In this document: in pieces, positions 44,651 to 55,864 of the stretch
How positions within the stretch are numbered: the stretch's first letter is position 1
Layout of the letters: each line of letters starts with the position of its first letter
Sequence record: OP617741.1
DNA from: Klebsiella phage KP13-16
Length of the DNA stretch: 64,000 nt
Strand: one strand, 5' to 3'
Position numbers and translations under genes: made by a program
The notes under the pieces: model-generated
What the model was told of the DNA's origin: nothing
Seen by the model: the letters and a program-made list of their open reading frames with translations, nothing else
The model's database searches: none

Positions 44651-45190
44651 ATGAAATATTTAAATTATAAATTGAAAGAAAATCTTTCTGAATTTGAACA
44701 AACATTAAGAGACCAACATGGTATAGTTTTTCTTGAAGATGAAGATCAGAATGATTGGTATGAGAGTTTAAAGGAGATAATGTCAGAAGGTTTTAAGATG
44801 ACACTTAAAATTTCTTCTACCGGGGACATTATCTCTTACTCTACTGATCCAACTTCATTACTAGCTGAAGAATCTATTTCATTAGTTCCTTTAGAAAAAG
44901 AATTTAACTTTAAACCAGATGTTAAATACAGATATAATTTTAAAAAATCCTGTATTGAGACTAGAGAATTAAATTCAAAAGAAAGAATTCATACAAATCG
45001 CAAGGCTGTTAAAAATAAAAAGACAGAACTTCGAGACCTAATTTTTACACTTAAATGTAAGGAAGATTTAGGATTACTAACCAAAGACGAAGAAAAAGAA
45101 CTTTTAACTTTTAAAAATATTTTTGTGAAATTGTCAGAATTATCAGATGAAGACTTAGCAGATAAGAATTTTAAACTACCAACAGAATAA
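44651..45190 (+). CDS. hypothetical protein
   Basis: 179 aa, very AT-rich. Confidence 0.25.
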   Translation: MKYLNYKLKENLSEFEQTLRDQHGIVFLEDEDQNDWYESLKEIMSEGFKMTLKISSTGDIISYSTDPTSLLAEESISLVPLEKEFNFKPDVKYRYNFKKSCIETRELNSKERIHTNRKAVKNKKTELRDLIFTLKCKEDLGLLTKDEEKELLTFKNIFVKLSELSDEDLADKNFKLPTE

Positions 45191-45202
45191 GGGGAAACAA
45201 TA

Positions 45203-45529
45203 ATGCTTTCATTGCCTATACTTTGGGATATTGTTAAAGTTGCAGTTTTCCCTGTCTTGGGTTTAATTTATGCAATATTCCAACAAAAACTTTCTAGGAT
45301 GGATATGGATATTGAAAAGTTGAATATGGCAAATTCAGACCTTGAAAAGAAAATAATCAAAATGGAATCCTCATTTGTAACTCAAGACCAAATGAGGGAT
45401 CTATTCCAAGAATTCTTAAGCAATCTTGAAAAAAGTAATAATACGTTGGAGACAAGAATCGAGAAAACAATGGACCTAAAAATCGGTCCTGTCAAGGATA
45501 TGTTGTCTAAACTTATTGATAAAAAGTGA
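45203..45529 (+). CDS. hypothetical TM + coiled-coil protein
   Basis: 108 aa. Confidence 0.25.
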   Translation: MLSLPILWDIVKVAVFPVLGLIYAIFQQKLSRMDMDIEKLNMANSDLEKKIIKMESSFVTQDQMRDLFQEFLSNLEKSNNTLETRIEKTMDLKIGPVKDMLSKLIDKK

Positions 45530-45558
45530 TTTTTAATGTAGAATAACTAGGAGGTAAG

Positions 45559-46044
45559 ATGTTATTGTATGAACAATATCTTCTAATATACCTCCTGGGA
45601 ATCTTTTTGATTAAAGATACAAACATTAAAATTGTTTTTATCATTTTGTGTCTGGACTACCTATTTGATACGATACTTTATGATCTACTAGTTTCACCTA
45701 TTGAGTATCTAATTAGTATAACATTTCTAGAAATGATTCTAATGTTTATAGGATTACCTTTTGTAAAAGATATTAGACTGAGATTAGTATTTTCTTTTGC
45801 TGTAATTCTAACATTGTTAAATCCAATGTTTATACTTGCGATTGATTTCTTTATACAAAGAGATGATGCATTAAGTTACTATCTCTACTTGTTTTGTAAA
45901 CATTCTTCTGCTTATGCAAACGAGATTTTAATTACCTACCTTTTGACTGTATTAAAAAGAGTAGATAAAAGAACAAATTTTTGGCTAACTTTTGTAGCAT
46001 GTAACTACATACTTGTTATTGCCTCACACTTTAAGGAGATATGA
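45559..46044 (+). CDS. hypothetical polytopic membrane protein
   Basis: 161 aa, about 4 hydrophobic helices, very AT-rich. Confidence 0.25.
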   Translation: MLLYEQYLLIYLLGIFLIKDTNIKIVFIILCLDYLFDTILYDLLVSPIEYLISITFLEMILMFIGLPFVKDIRLRLVFSFAVILTLLNPMFILAIDFFIQRDDALSYYLYLFCKHSSAYANEILITYLLTVLKRVDKRTNFWLTFVACNYILVIASHFKEI

Positions 46045-48947
46045 TGGCAGATAATTTTCCACAATACCCTGCTACTTCATTCGACCAAGCTGTAGATCTT
46101 ACAATATACGCTAGTAACCAGCTTGGTGATGTAATCAATGGGGATGCAACTTCAGTCGTAAGTACTGAGAGTGGTGATATCCCAACATTAAGAAAAGCTT
46201 TAATTGATAATTTTTATTTTAAAAATCCTATTCAATGGAATCCGGGAAATACTAATACAGTCTTTAACCAACTTTATGTTTTTGATACAGATAATATCAA
46301 TAAAGGTTGGTACTATGCACCTACAGCGACAGCTACAAACCCAATTTTAATGGGTAGCACCCCAGTTGGTGATGCAAACTGGAAGCTTTACTCATTAGTT
46401 GCTACAGGGATTCCTGCACAAGTATTTCCTTGGTCAACAGAGATCACCCAGGTAACAAGTTCTATAGTCCCTCCATATGAATTTGATACAGCTATTGTAA
46501 CGTATAATAGTGGGGTTTTAGTACCAGGCAAAGATTATACTATTGCAAATAATACTATTACTTTTACTCCACCATTATCGCCAGAACCTGACGCAGAAGT
46601 CCCTGATATTTTATTTTGTTATATTGGTAAAGTGGAGGAAGGTAATCCTAATATTAACTATGTAACTTATAATAGTTTAGCTGCCCCTACAGCAGCGGAT
46701 ATCATTGGAACAAGTTCCGGTGAAACTGTGCAAACAGTGTTAAATAATAAAATAAATATAAATGAACTTAATTATGTTACGCCGGAAATGTCAGGCTTTG
46801 TAACTGGTGTAGGTAACGCTGATGACGATACCGCTGCTATCCAGTGGGCGCTCAATCAGGGGGCGGCACTCGTAGTTTTCGATTCGACAAAAACATATAA
46901 CATCCAGCCTGGAGTTATTCAGCACACCGGTAAAATCAATGTTGATGCCGGGACAGCTAAAATTGTCTGTGACGGCATAGCTGTTGATATTATTGACGGT
47001 GCTGGTTCCGTATGGAAAGGTGGTAACTTACTTAGCAAAACAACTCCGTGGACAGTTGTCTATGACGAAGATTTCAACATTGTTGAAAGCGGAAACCTGG
47101 GTTATGGTCGTATGCCATACCAGGACGATGCAAACGTTGATTCTTCTCACTATTACCAGCAAATTTGTTGCTCCCTTGTGTTTCGTTCCTCTACCTCGGA
47201 CGTTCTTGACGGGTTAACTGTATCTGGTGTGAATGGCAGTTATGCCGCAGTTGTGGCTGCTGGTTTCAAGAATACCAAGTGGACGCATAACAAGATTCGA
47301 GGTGGTGCTCTTGCTGGGGCAATCATGGTACTCAATGACTGTGAGTTACCTGTTACGGCTGGTTTTGGATGGAATGCTGGCGTAGACGTGTCTTATGGAA
47401 ATCCTTTTAAATGGGCGCGTGGAAGCAATCACACCTTTGAAAACTGTGACCTCTTCGAAAGTCGGCAGATGGGTCTTTGCGTCACTGGCTCAGACTGTGT
47501 GACCATTTCTAACGTCAACACCTATGATAATGCAGAATCTGGTGTCCAGACAGGTCAATACAGTTCCGCGTACCCACAAGAAAGCATCATCTGTAAGCAC
47601 GTCATTCAGATAGGGTGTAAATCGTGGGGTAACTATTATGACGGTCTTGACCATGCCTCAGTAACTAGCGGTGCTGCTGGTCCCTACTTCGATAAATACC
47701 TTAACGTCTCTAACTGTGAGAGCTTCAATAACCGTGCTACTGGTATATTTGCCCAGGGCAACAATCTTCAAATTAAGGGAAATAACTTTCACGACAATGG
47801 CGCTCACGGGATACGGGTTCAGGATTCAGCAGTCGTTGACCTTTCACGTAACCAATGTACCTATAACGGGAGGTTAGCAGGTGGTTATCAAATAGCGGCC
47901 GTAGGTTCAGATATGTCTGTGGATGATAACACAGTTTTGAATACCTCGCAGACTGATTCCCACTTAGTCAACATCAGCATTGGATTGCAAACACAAAAAC
48001 AGTTTGGTGTTAAGTTTAAAAATACACCCCTAAGCACTCGTTCTTCCCCTAAGACTGTCATTGGCATAGGGGTGTTGATGAGCAGTGACGAAAAGACATC
48101 AGATGGAAGTGATGCATCTTATTCTGGGGTCAGAGCTTCAGGGTATATTCCGGCCCCCATTGCTGGGGTCACAAGCACAAAGAGTGTAGCTTCAGAGGCA
48201 GGAGCAGTTGCCGCATGGAAACACCCGACTACTGGTGCCTGGATGCGGTTGTTTACCAACGACCTGACTGGTGCAACTAACACCGGTTTCTCATTCGGCT
48301 ATAACTGGGGGAAAAACACAAATAGCCCGTCAGGTTATTGGGATAATGCCGGTATAGGCGGTACGTTACTTACACTTTACCCAACAGCTATTGTATTCGA
48401 TATACATGCCGCAGGAAACATGTCTAGTGTTGGTGGTATTACGATTGCCTCGACCGTTCTACGTCCTAATATTGATAATGCAATATCGGGCGGCCAATCT
48501 ACATTCCGTTTTACCCAGTTATTTGCAACCAATAGTACGATAGGTACTTGTGATGCAGATGAAAAAATGGAGCCTGTTGCCCCTAATGAAGCGGAAATTA
48601 ATGCTTTCTACGAAATAAGTCTGCTGCCTTGGGTGTGGCAGTGGCTTGAAAAATATCAAGTAGAAGGTGATAACGCGAGATTGCACTCAGGGCCAACGGT
48701 GCAAGCAGCAATCGCCATAATGGATAAACATGGTCTTGACTGGACTCGCTATGCCGCATTTTGTTATGACGAGTGGGACGCCTGGGAGGGTGGTATTGAC
48801 CCAGAAACTGGAAAATACGTAGCACCTTATGAAGCTGGTCATCGTTATGGATTCAGGAAAGAAGAACTGCTTCTGTGGATGCTGCGAGCAATGGTGGAGA
48901 AACAAAAATCTCTGGAAGACCGAATACTAGTGCTGGAGAATAAATAA
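46041..48947 (+). CDS. tailspike / depolymerase with pectate-lyase-like beta-helix and C-terminal intramolecular chaperone domain
   Basis: 968 aa; GNADDDTAAIQWALNQGAALVVFD (pectate-lyase-3-type motif); C-terminal block ...GDNARLHSGPTVQAAIAIMDKHGLDWTRYAAFCYDEWDAWEGG... typical of auto-cleaving tailspike chaperone domains; G+C rises sharply after about 46.8 kb. Confidence 0.55.
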   Translation: MMADNFPQYPATSFDQAVDLTIYASNQLGDVINGDATSVVSTESGDIPTLRKALIDNFYFKNPIQWNPGNTNTVFNQLYVFDTDNINKGWYYAPTATATNPILMGSTPVGDANWKLYSLVATGIPAQVFPWSTEITQVTSSIVPPYEFDTAIVTYNSGVLVPGKDYTIANNTITFTPPLSPEPDAEVPDILFCYIGKVEEGNPNINYVTYNSLAAPTAADIIGTSSGETVQTVLNNKININELNYVTPEMSGFVTGVGNADDDTAAIQWALNQGAALVVFDSTKTYNIQPGVIQHTGKINVDAGTAKIVCDGIAVDIIDGAGSVWKGGNLLSKTTPWTVVYDEDFNIVESGNLGYGRMPYQDDANVDSSHYYQQICCSLVFRSSTSDVLDGLTVSGVNGSYAAVVAAGFKNTKWTHNKIRGGALAGAIMVLNDCELPVTAGFGWNAGVDVSYGNPFKWARGSNHTFENCDLFESRQMGLCVTGSDCVTISNVNTYDNAESGVQTGQYSSAYPQESIICKHVIQIGCKSWGNYYDGLDHASVTSGAAGPYFDKYLNVSNCESFNNRATGIFAQGNNLQIKGNNFHDNGAHGIRVQDSAVVDLSRNQCTYNGRLAGGYQIAAVGSDMSVDDNTVLNTSQTDSHLVNISIGLQTQKQFGVKFKNTPLSTRSSPKTVIGIGVLMSSDEKTSDGSDASYSGVRASGYIPAPIAGVTSTKSVASEAGAVAAWKHPTTGAWMRLFTNDLTGATNTGFSFGYNWGKNTNSPSGYWDNAGIGGTLLTLYPTAIVFDIHAAGNMSSVGGITIASTVLRPNIDNAISGGQSTFRFTQLFATNSTIGTCDADEKMEPVAPNEAEINAFYEISLLPWVWQWLEKYQVEGDNARLHSGPTVQAAIAIMDKHGLDWTRYAAFCYDEWDAWEGGIDPETGKYVAPYEAGHRYGFRKEELLLWMLRAMVEKQKSLEDRILVLENK

Positions 48948-49048
48948 TTCTAGAATTATTTATTCTCTTATATCAAGGCTAATATATAAAGCTAAAATTT
49001 GATAAATATAATTTTATCATTTTTATTAAATTTCAACTTGGAGATTTT

Positions 49049-51206
49049 AATGATCCAATTAACACAACCAAAAGGTATGGTCTCTAAGGAGACCAATAAA
49101 GAAGCAATAGCCCGAGTTTTCGGGCTTAAAAAGAGACAAGTTGGATATTTATCTACTTCAGCCGCAGTAGATTCATATACAATTTTATATGATTCAGCTA
49201 CTCAGACTTCTTGGTTTAGAGGTTCAGCTACTGGAACCCCGTCAAGCTGGACTATCACAAATGGGGTAATGGTTTTAGTTACCTCAGCAGGGACTTTTAA
49301 CTTAAGTCTTGCTGATCTTCGTCAAAACTTGGGTTCAAGTGACGGGGCTGGACTGGTTGGTCTTTCACAAGGCGGGTTTGTCAGCGATGCTATCAAATGG
49401 GTAACACCGGAGATGTTTGGTGCTGTTGGCGATGGTGTTGCTGACGATTCTGACGCACTACAAAACGCAATGAATGCTTGTGTTGATTTCGTATGGCAAG
49501 GAAATGTTTCTGATACTGATGCTCGCGGGGCAACTGTTAAATACTATTTGATGCTGCCAGGACGTTATCGTTTCACCAGAACTATGATAATTCCACCTTA
49601 TCTCCGAATGAGTGGAATTGCACAATCTTATTTGGGTGATCCAACGAATAATTTCACAAAGTTCATTCCAGATTTTTCCATGCAGGATGGCTATGCATTT
49701 GAATCACTAAACCTTGATCAAACAGGTGCGCACACGGCAAAGGTTGATTCATATTCTGCCAGTGCGAGCGACAGGCGAGAAATCACGCGCTGCCCTGGGT
49801 TACTATTGGAGAATTTCTCCGTTGTTGCTGGGGCCAACACTTCCCTGAAGGGGATTTTCAATTTCCGCCTCACACATGGTGCAGTACTCAAGAGCATTTG
49901 TGCACGCATTACATCCCGAGCAGCAGTGGGGGCCAACCTCACCTGTACGTGGAATGGTGCATTCAGGGATTGCATTTTCAGGACTGCAACAATTGCTCTG
50001 ACACTGAGAAATAACGTTACGACTTGGCTGTTTGATAACTGCTACTTCCAGACTACCCAGGGGCCAAACCCACTGTCATGGTTTACTGATTTCCCTGAAT
50101 TCTATGGGTATTCAACAAGACAAGCCTGGACAGCTTGTGTGGCTGGGTCATGGTCGTCCCCACATTTTAAGGATTGCACACTAGAAAATTCTCAAAACGG
50201 TTACAGGCTTCACAGATGCCAGGGTGGTTCTGAGCACGGAACTTACTTTGAGAATATCGAAGAAGAATGCTACGCCCTCATGGAGTGCGTAATGAGTATG
50301 ACCCCTGGTTATTTTTACAATAATAAAGGGGCAGCAGCTACCACACGCATGGTGTTTTTGTCAGGGTCTCCTGCAAACTCAGCAAGTATTGACATGACCA
50401 ATACTAACTACTTTAGCCAGACTGTTGACCCATATAACTGTCCTGGTTCCAGTAAGTTGGTTGTAAAACACGCTGGCGATATGCGAACCAGGATGAAAAT
50501 TACATACCCTAACAAGGTTATTTTTAACTGTTACTCTCAGTTTTCTGGTTATTGCGATATCTATATCTCGGCATCCGGTGATGACAGTTATAACGGGTAT
50601 AGCTCAAGCTATCCAGTTAAGACATTGCAGGAAGCATTGCTTCGCTGCCAGCCAAATTATAAAAACAGGATTTATATTGCTGCTGGTAATACGGTAACAA
50701 CAACCAAATACTACTCAGATGGCTACCAGCCAAACAGTAGGTTTTTTGAGAATTATGATATTCAGGTAGTTGGTGATGCCACAACAAGACCTACTCTAGA
50801 AATTGGAGAAGACCCAGCATGGTTGTCAGGAATTGGGATTAAAAATGGGAGAATTTCATTCAAAAATTTGAATATCACTCTCACCTTATCCTCATCAACA
50901 AGTGCCGCAGCAAAGGCATTTGGTGCTCTGGTTTATGTTTATGGTGACTGTGGGGTTTCGTTTGATAACTGTACAATATCAGGAAGTGATGCCACTTATA
51001 TACCGTTCCTTGTTTCTCCTGCTCAGAAACCAGGTGTAGTAAAACTATCGCTGAATTCCTGCTCATTATCAAATATGAACATAGTTCAGGGATCGAATAT
51101 AAGCGGGTTTGGCCTTGCTTATATCCTAAACCACGATTCTTGTACTTTTTCTTCAGTTGCTGAAGGTAGTACAATTGCTAAAATTTACTCGCGTGCAATC
51201 GCGTAA
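49049..51206 (+). CDS. second tailspike / depolymerase (pectate-lyase-like beta-helix)
   Basis: 719 aa from ATG 49049 (RBS GGAGA); PEMFGAVGDGVADDSDALQNAMNA motif; G+C-rich middle section. Confidence 0.5.
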
Positions 51207-51217
51207 AGGATAAAAAA

Positions 51218-51484
51218 ATGTCATTTACAATATCAAAGCAGTGTTCAGTTGTTAAAAACTATCCAGAACTTGGAATAGTTAGTCCATCAGATAGCGAAAT
51301 TCTAACAACAACTTATGAGGCCATCATGGTAAATTCTGTAGCCGCAGGGATAGCTGAGGTTCAGTTCAGTGTAAAAGCTGACGGGATCGGTGAAGGGATA
51401 ATTACTTATTCCTTCCCCCATAATGGATTAGATAACCTACTGGTACAGGCAGAAACCTCGCTAGAATCCAGTCTTAGTGGTTGA
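51218..51484 (+). CDS. hypothetical protein
   Basis: 88 aa. Confidence 0.25.
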   Translation: MSFTISKQCSVVKNYPELGIVSPSDSEILTTTYEAIMVNSVAAGIAEVQFSVKADGIGEGIITYSFPHNGLDNLLVQAETSLESSLSG

Positions 51485-51569
51485 TGCTTTCCGATTAGGC
51501 AGACCTCCTGTAATAAAATACTGGAAGTCAGTAAAGAAAAAGGGAGCCATTAGGCTCCCTTTATTTGTA

Positions 51570-52439
51570 TTAGAACGGAATATCATCGTCAAAATCGATT
51601 GGCGGTTCTGGAAGGTCTGAAGGATTCTGCTTAGGTTCTTCCTTTTTAACTTCTTTCTTTGCTTTTGGTTTTACAGATTTAGCTTCTTCTTTAACTTCAC
51701 CCTTGATAAATTTAGTTACTTCTTCTGCAATAGCCAGAACACGTTTAGCCTCTGCAATCAGTTCATCCTTATCAATCTGACCACCTTGGAAGTTGCGGCA
51801 AGCATTAAGAACAGCATGGCCTACAGAAGCACCGATGTCATAATCAGAAACATCTACTCCTTTCTCTTTTGCAACTTCTGCTTTTAGGTCTACAGTAATC
51901 TGATGAACCAGTTTAGCCAGTTCTACTTCATCATCCACAACAGAACCACCACGTAAAAGCTCCAGAGCACCATTCAGGGCGTGTCCAGTCTCCATCCCTG
52001 TCATATCACGTTTCTTATAAGAACTCTGCCCTACGTTTGATTTAGGTGCCTCATTTTGACTACCAGCATTCTCATTACGCTTGGTTACTTTAATACGAGA
52101 AACAGAGGTCTGATAATAAGTTTTATCACCTACTTTATTGACGTCTTTCATCTGGATTTTAACTTCATCTCCAGCATTAAGAGTGTGCCAAGTTTCACTA
52201 CCTTTCTTACCTTCAGCATAACGAATCTGAGGCTCTTGCCCATCTTTAATTTTAAGAGAGAGGTTTACGAAAACATCATCTTCACCTTGAGCCGCCAGAA
52301 TAATAGAGGCGTTATGAGTAGTATCATATTTCTTCTGTGCTGCACTTGCATCTTTAAACAGAATACGTTTTACAAGGCCAGTAGCCAGGGTTACTTCGGA
52401 ATCATCTACAGGGTTAACTACAGTAGTAATAATAGACAT
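51570..52439 (-). CDS. ssb: single-stranded DNA-binding protein
   Basis: 289 aa; C-terminal acidic tail ...DFDDDIPF identical in character to the bacterial SSB tail DDDIPF; Gly/Gln-rich linker before it. Confidence 0.6.
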   Translation of the reverse strand: MSIITTVVNPVDDSEVTLATGLVKRILFKDASAAQKKYDTTHNASIILAAQGEDDVFVNLSLKIKDGQEPQIRYAEGKKGSETWHTLNAGDEVKIQMKDVNKVGDKTYYQTSVSRIKVTKRNENAGSQNEAPKSNVGQSSYKKRDMTGMETGHALNGALELLRGGSVVDDEVELAKLVHQITVDLKAEVAKEKGVDVSDYDIGASVGHAVLNACRNFQGGQIDKDELIAEAKRVLAIAEEVTKFIKGEVKEEAKSVKPKAKKEVKKEEPKQNPSDLPEPPIDFDDDIPF

Positions 52440-52527
52440 AAATTTGAGTCTCCTCTTTTAGTTTTAGAAAATAGCCAGATTAACTGGCTGGGTTATATTA
52501 CAACATTTATATATGGTAAGTCAAGAA

Positions 52528-55500
52528 TTAATGGCAGCTAGCCCAAGAATTACCAATATCATATCCAGCAGTAAGTTCTACATTAAGGTTATAGAATTCT
52601 CCTGCTTTTTTAACAGCAATTGAAGCTAATTCTCCTGCACGACTATATGCAGTAAACCAACCTCCTTTCGGAGATTCATGAACATTCGCCCAAATCTTCC
52701 CTGTTTTGCTTTCCTCCTCATGTTTCCATGCATTTACTTTAGCAATACATTCTTTGTCGATTTTTTCTTGTTCTTTTTCATCTTCGACTTGTTTCCAACC
52801 AAGTGATTCTTTAGGGAACCATTTGAATTCTACCAAATCACGAGTTACTTCCAATTGTGCCTCATCATGATAGGCAATCATTTGCTGAACAAAGGATTTA
52901 TTTTTCCAGTCATCAACGAAGAAGTCAACAGCTAAACCTTCCTCTTCAATTAAGTCATCATAAATTACCATCGCTCGTTTCGCACAAATCACACCACCAC
53001 TTTGAAAAAGAGAGTTTAATATTGCATGAGCGGATCGCGTAGGTACTTTACGACCATCAATACCTAAGATATATTTCTTACCAGTTTTAACCCAGAAATC
53101 ATGAAGTTTTTCTTTAAGTAACGCTAAAGGTTTAGCAGCTACCCAGAAAGCATTATATACTAATTCCCCTGTGTGAAGATCACTACCAATAGTCTTTGCT
53201 ACCTTAGCAGCTTGACTACCATAAGTAATTCCATACTTAACGCTTTTAGCTGGAGACCGTTCAAATTTACGACCAATAACTTCAGTAATACGTTTAGCCA
53301 TCATAGTATGAACATCGTTAGGTTTTTCCAACAACAATGCATTACAATACTCATGAGGTTCTTGCTCATATCTCCAACAATTACCTGTGATGGTAATACA
53401 ATCACCTTGACGCATTACCCAAGTACCTAACTCGGTTTGAGGGCACCATACATCCTCCACACCCCATTCACTGACGGTAAGACTTTGAACAGGAATGTGT
53501 GAGCGGTTCGCTAATGTCGCAACCTTGACCTTTTGTTCCTTTGTATTAAATGCAACTGAAATATTTCCAGGGTGTACTAAGTAAGAAGCAGTCAGTGCAG
53601 CTTCAAATAGCTCACCAGGGTTTTGCGCCCATCTCCAAACAGGTTTCTGTTTATGCTCATGCCAGTAACCATCTGCAATCAAAAAACCTTCCAAGAAAGC
53701 AATACGTTCTGCATGAGACATGTTTACGATACGTTCCACCCAAGGCTTATTATATTTACCTTGCATCACTCCTGAAAGACTGTTATCACAGTCTTGCTCT
53801 ACATTAAACGGAGCGTTACAGATAATATTATCACCTGTGCTTAGTTCTAACGTAGTTTTTACTTTAGGTACGTATGTATTACCGTGACTACGACTATTTA
53901 CATACCAGCGATGATCAGCAGTGGCACGATAAGTATGAGATTTACCTTTAATCTCAAAGGTCTTACTGTTGGGATAGAAAACTTTACCTTTAACTTTTGT
54001 CCACTCTTTCAAGCCAGTTTCTGCATTGTAACCTAAAATCTCATCTCCCTCTTTAAGATCGTGGTATCCTATCCATCCTTTACGAGTTAATGCTTGAGCA
54101 TCCATAGGTACGCAATAATGGCTCTCTATTTTTGCTTCTAATGAATCAAAGTCATAACCTATCTGAAAATATCTTGGCACTTCTACACCAAACATGTTTC
54201 TCATTTCAAAACCATATAGAGATGTTACACGAGGTATATTAGCTACCAATCTATGCTTCATACGTGAAGTAGCAGCATCACATGTCGCAGCAGGAGTTGG
54301 TATTCTCCCATCAGCACGAACAGCAGCCAAGAATCCTTTATTGTACTCTGGGTCTTCTTCTTCCTCTTCCCATTCTGCTCCACCTCCAAGAATAGAATTC
54401 CTACGGTGTTTGTAAGTCAAATACTCTACGATTTGTGTAGCATAAGGAAATTTTTCACCTAACTTTTGCAGATTAGGACAGATCTCTTTTTCTTGCCCTT
54501 TAGTAAACGATGGATTAGTAAGTACTTTGACCCCACGACCGTTTGACTTTTTAATCCTATCTCTTAGTTTCCATTCTAAAGTTTCTGGAGTACATTCTAA
54601 ATGTTCACAACGATCAGCACAAAAATTCGACTCTAAGGTTTGTTTAACATAGTCTACAATACCTTTCTCTAGTTCCTGCTCATTTTTCTTGATTTTAGTC
54701 CCTGATTTAAGTGTTAAATCTTTATCTTTATATTCAGAAGGACTCCAGCCTAATCCAACGAGCCAATTTTTAATATGTGTTGTATCATTCAATGTAGCTG
54801 GGACATTTGGATCACATATAGGCTCTCCTTCTGCAAGTGGTAATGTTAACTCCTTACCGAATATTTGTAAAACTATTTCATCATTTTTATTTACTAATGT
54901 ACCACCATGTTTTTCAACAAAAGATATCAAACGGCTAGATGGTTCTCCATTTTGTTTAAATTGTAATTTTGGTGGAATGAATGCTTTTAGATATCCTTTT
55001 GTTGCTGGTTTAAGTGGAAGAATAGGTTCAATCAAAATACGAGCAGCTTCCATTTTCTTATCTAAATCTTTAATATTTTCTTCTGCTTGTTTTAGATTGA
55101 ATTGAAATCCACGGTGCTCTTGTCTGGTGATGATGTCTGCAATACGTAATTCCAGTTTAAAAGGCTCTTCCCATTTTTTATAATCACCCCATTCTTCCAT
55201 AAGATAATTATAAACAGCGGTATTAGCCTTATTATCATAGATACAGTAATACAACATATCCGCAGCAAATGTTTTAAATCGATCTTCTACAGGAATGTTT
55301 TTTCTAAAATCTATTTTAACATCTCCGCCAGCTTTTTTAGATAAATCTTCCAAGCTGTGACCACCAAAACGATCTGGATTAAGTGTTTTACTTAATACCA
55401 AGGAATCACAAATTTCAACTTTAGATTTGCCCCAAGTATTATACTTCACACTATAATTAAGACCAAAAAATAATTTAGTAGCCAACCAGTCAAAATTTAT

Positions 55501-55854
55501 GCCGTTATGAGCCACAGCTTTAGAGATTCTATACTGAGGAGTATTTTTAAAACGGCCTTCAGCATTAACAAAATCAGGAAAATCATTTAAAGGGAAGTGT
55601 GTGTAATCTTGAGCAATATACTCCTTGAGCGTATAAGTATATTTATCATCCTTTTCAATATAAGGTCTTCCATCAAAGATATATTTCGGACCATCATGAA
55701 ATGCTACAATCTCTCCCGTTTCATGATTTTCTAAAACTATACAATGAATCTTGAATGTATCTTTTAGTTTATAAGGACTAGCTAAATAATCTATAGTTTC
55801 ATTATTTAAAAGATTAGTAGACTCAATATCCCAAGTCCAACATTGCTCTTTCAT
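52528..55854 (-). CDS. family A DNA polymerase (3'-5' exo + pol), interrupted by an intein
   Basis: 1108 aa; Exo I WDIEST; motif A YDFDSLEAKIESHY; motif B RSPAKSVKYGITYGSQAAKVAKTIG; about 248 aa inserted between motif A and the DVH motif. Confidence 0.85.
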   Translation of the reverse strand: MKEQCWTWDIESTNLLNNETIDYLASPYKLKDTFKIHCIVLENHETGEIVAFHDGPKYIFDGRPYIEKDDKYTYTLKEYIAQDYTHFPLNDFPDFVNAEGRFKNTPQYRISKAVAHNGINFDWLATKLFFGLNYSVKYNTWGKSKVEICDSLVLSKTLNPDRFGGHSLEDLSKKAGGDVKIDFRKNIPVEDRFKTFAADMLYYCIYDNKANTAVYNYLMEEWGDYKKWEEPFKLELRIADIITRQEHRGFQFNLKQAEENIKDLDKKMEAARILIEPILPLKPATKGYLKAFIPPKLQFKQNGEPSSRLISFVEKHGGTLVNKNDEIVLQIFGKELTLPLAEGEPICDPNVPATLNDTTHIKNWLVGLGWSPSEYKDKDLTLKSGTKIKKNEQELEKGIVDYVKQTLESNFCADRCEHLECTPETLEWKLRDRIKKSNGRGVKVLTNPSFTKGQEKEICPNLQKLGEKFPYATQIVEYLTYKHRRNSILGGGAEWEEEEEDPEYNKGFLAAVRADGRIPTPAATCDAATSRMKHRLVANIPRVTSLYGFEMRNMFGVEVPRYFQIGYDFDSLEAKIESHYCVPMDAQALTRKGWIGYHDLKEGDEILGYNAETGLKEWTKVKGKVFYPNSKTFEIKGKSHTYRATADHRWYVNSRSHGNTYVPKVKTTLELSTGDNIICNAPFNVEQDCDNSLSGVMQGKYNKPWVERIVNMSHAERIAFLEGFLIADGYWHEHKQKPVWRWAQNPGELFEAALTASYLVHPGNISVAFNTKEQKVKVATLANRSHIPVQSLTVSEWGVEDVWCPQTELGTWVMRQGDCITITGNCWRYEQEPHEYCNALLLEKPNDVHTMMAKRITEVIGRKFERSPAKSVKYGITYGSQAAKVAKTIGSDLHTGELVYNAFWVAAKPLALLKEKLHDFWVKTGKKYILGIDGRKVPTRSAHAILNSLFQSGGVICAKRAMVIYDDLIEEEGLAVDFFVDDWKNKSFVQQMIAYHDEAQLEVTRDLVEFKWFPKESLGWKQVEDEKEQEKIDKECIAKVNAWKHEEESKTGKIWANVHESPKGGWFTAYSRAGELASIAVKKAGEFYNLNVELTAGYDIGNSWASCH
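53380..54123 (-). other. intein (248 aa) with degenerate LAGLIDADG homing-endonuclease motif inside the DNA polymerase
   Basis: Starts CVPMDAQALTRKGW...GDEIL (block A), TADHRWYV (block B TxxH), LEGFLIADGYW (LAGLIDADG), ends ...DCITITGN followed by +1 Cys (CWRY); inserted right after pol motif A. Confidence 0.55.
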
Positions 55855-55864
55855 TCAACCTCCT

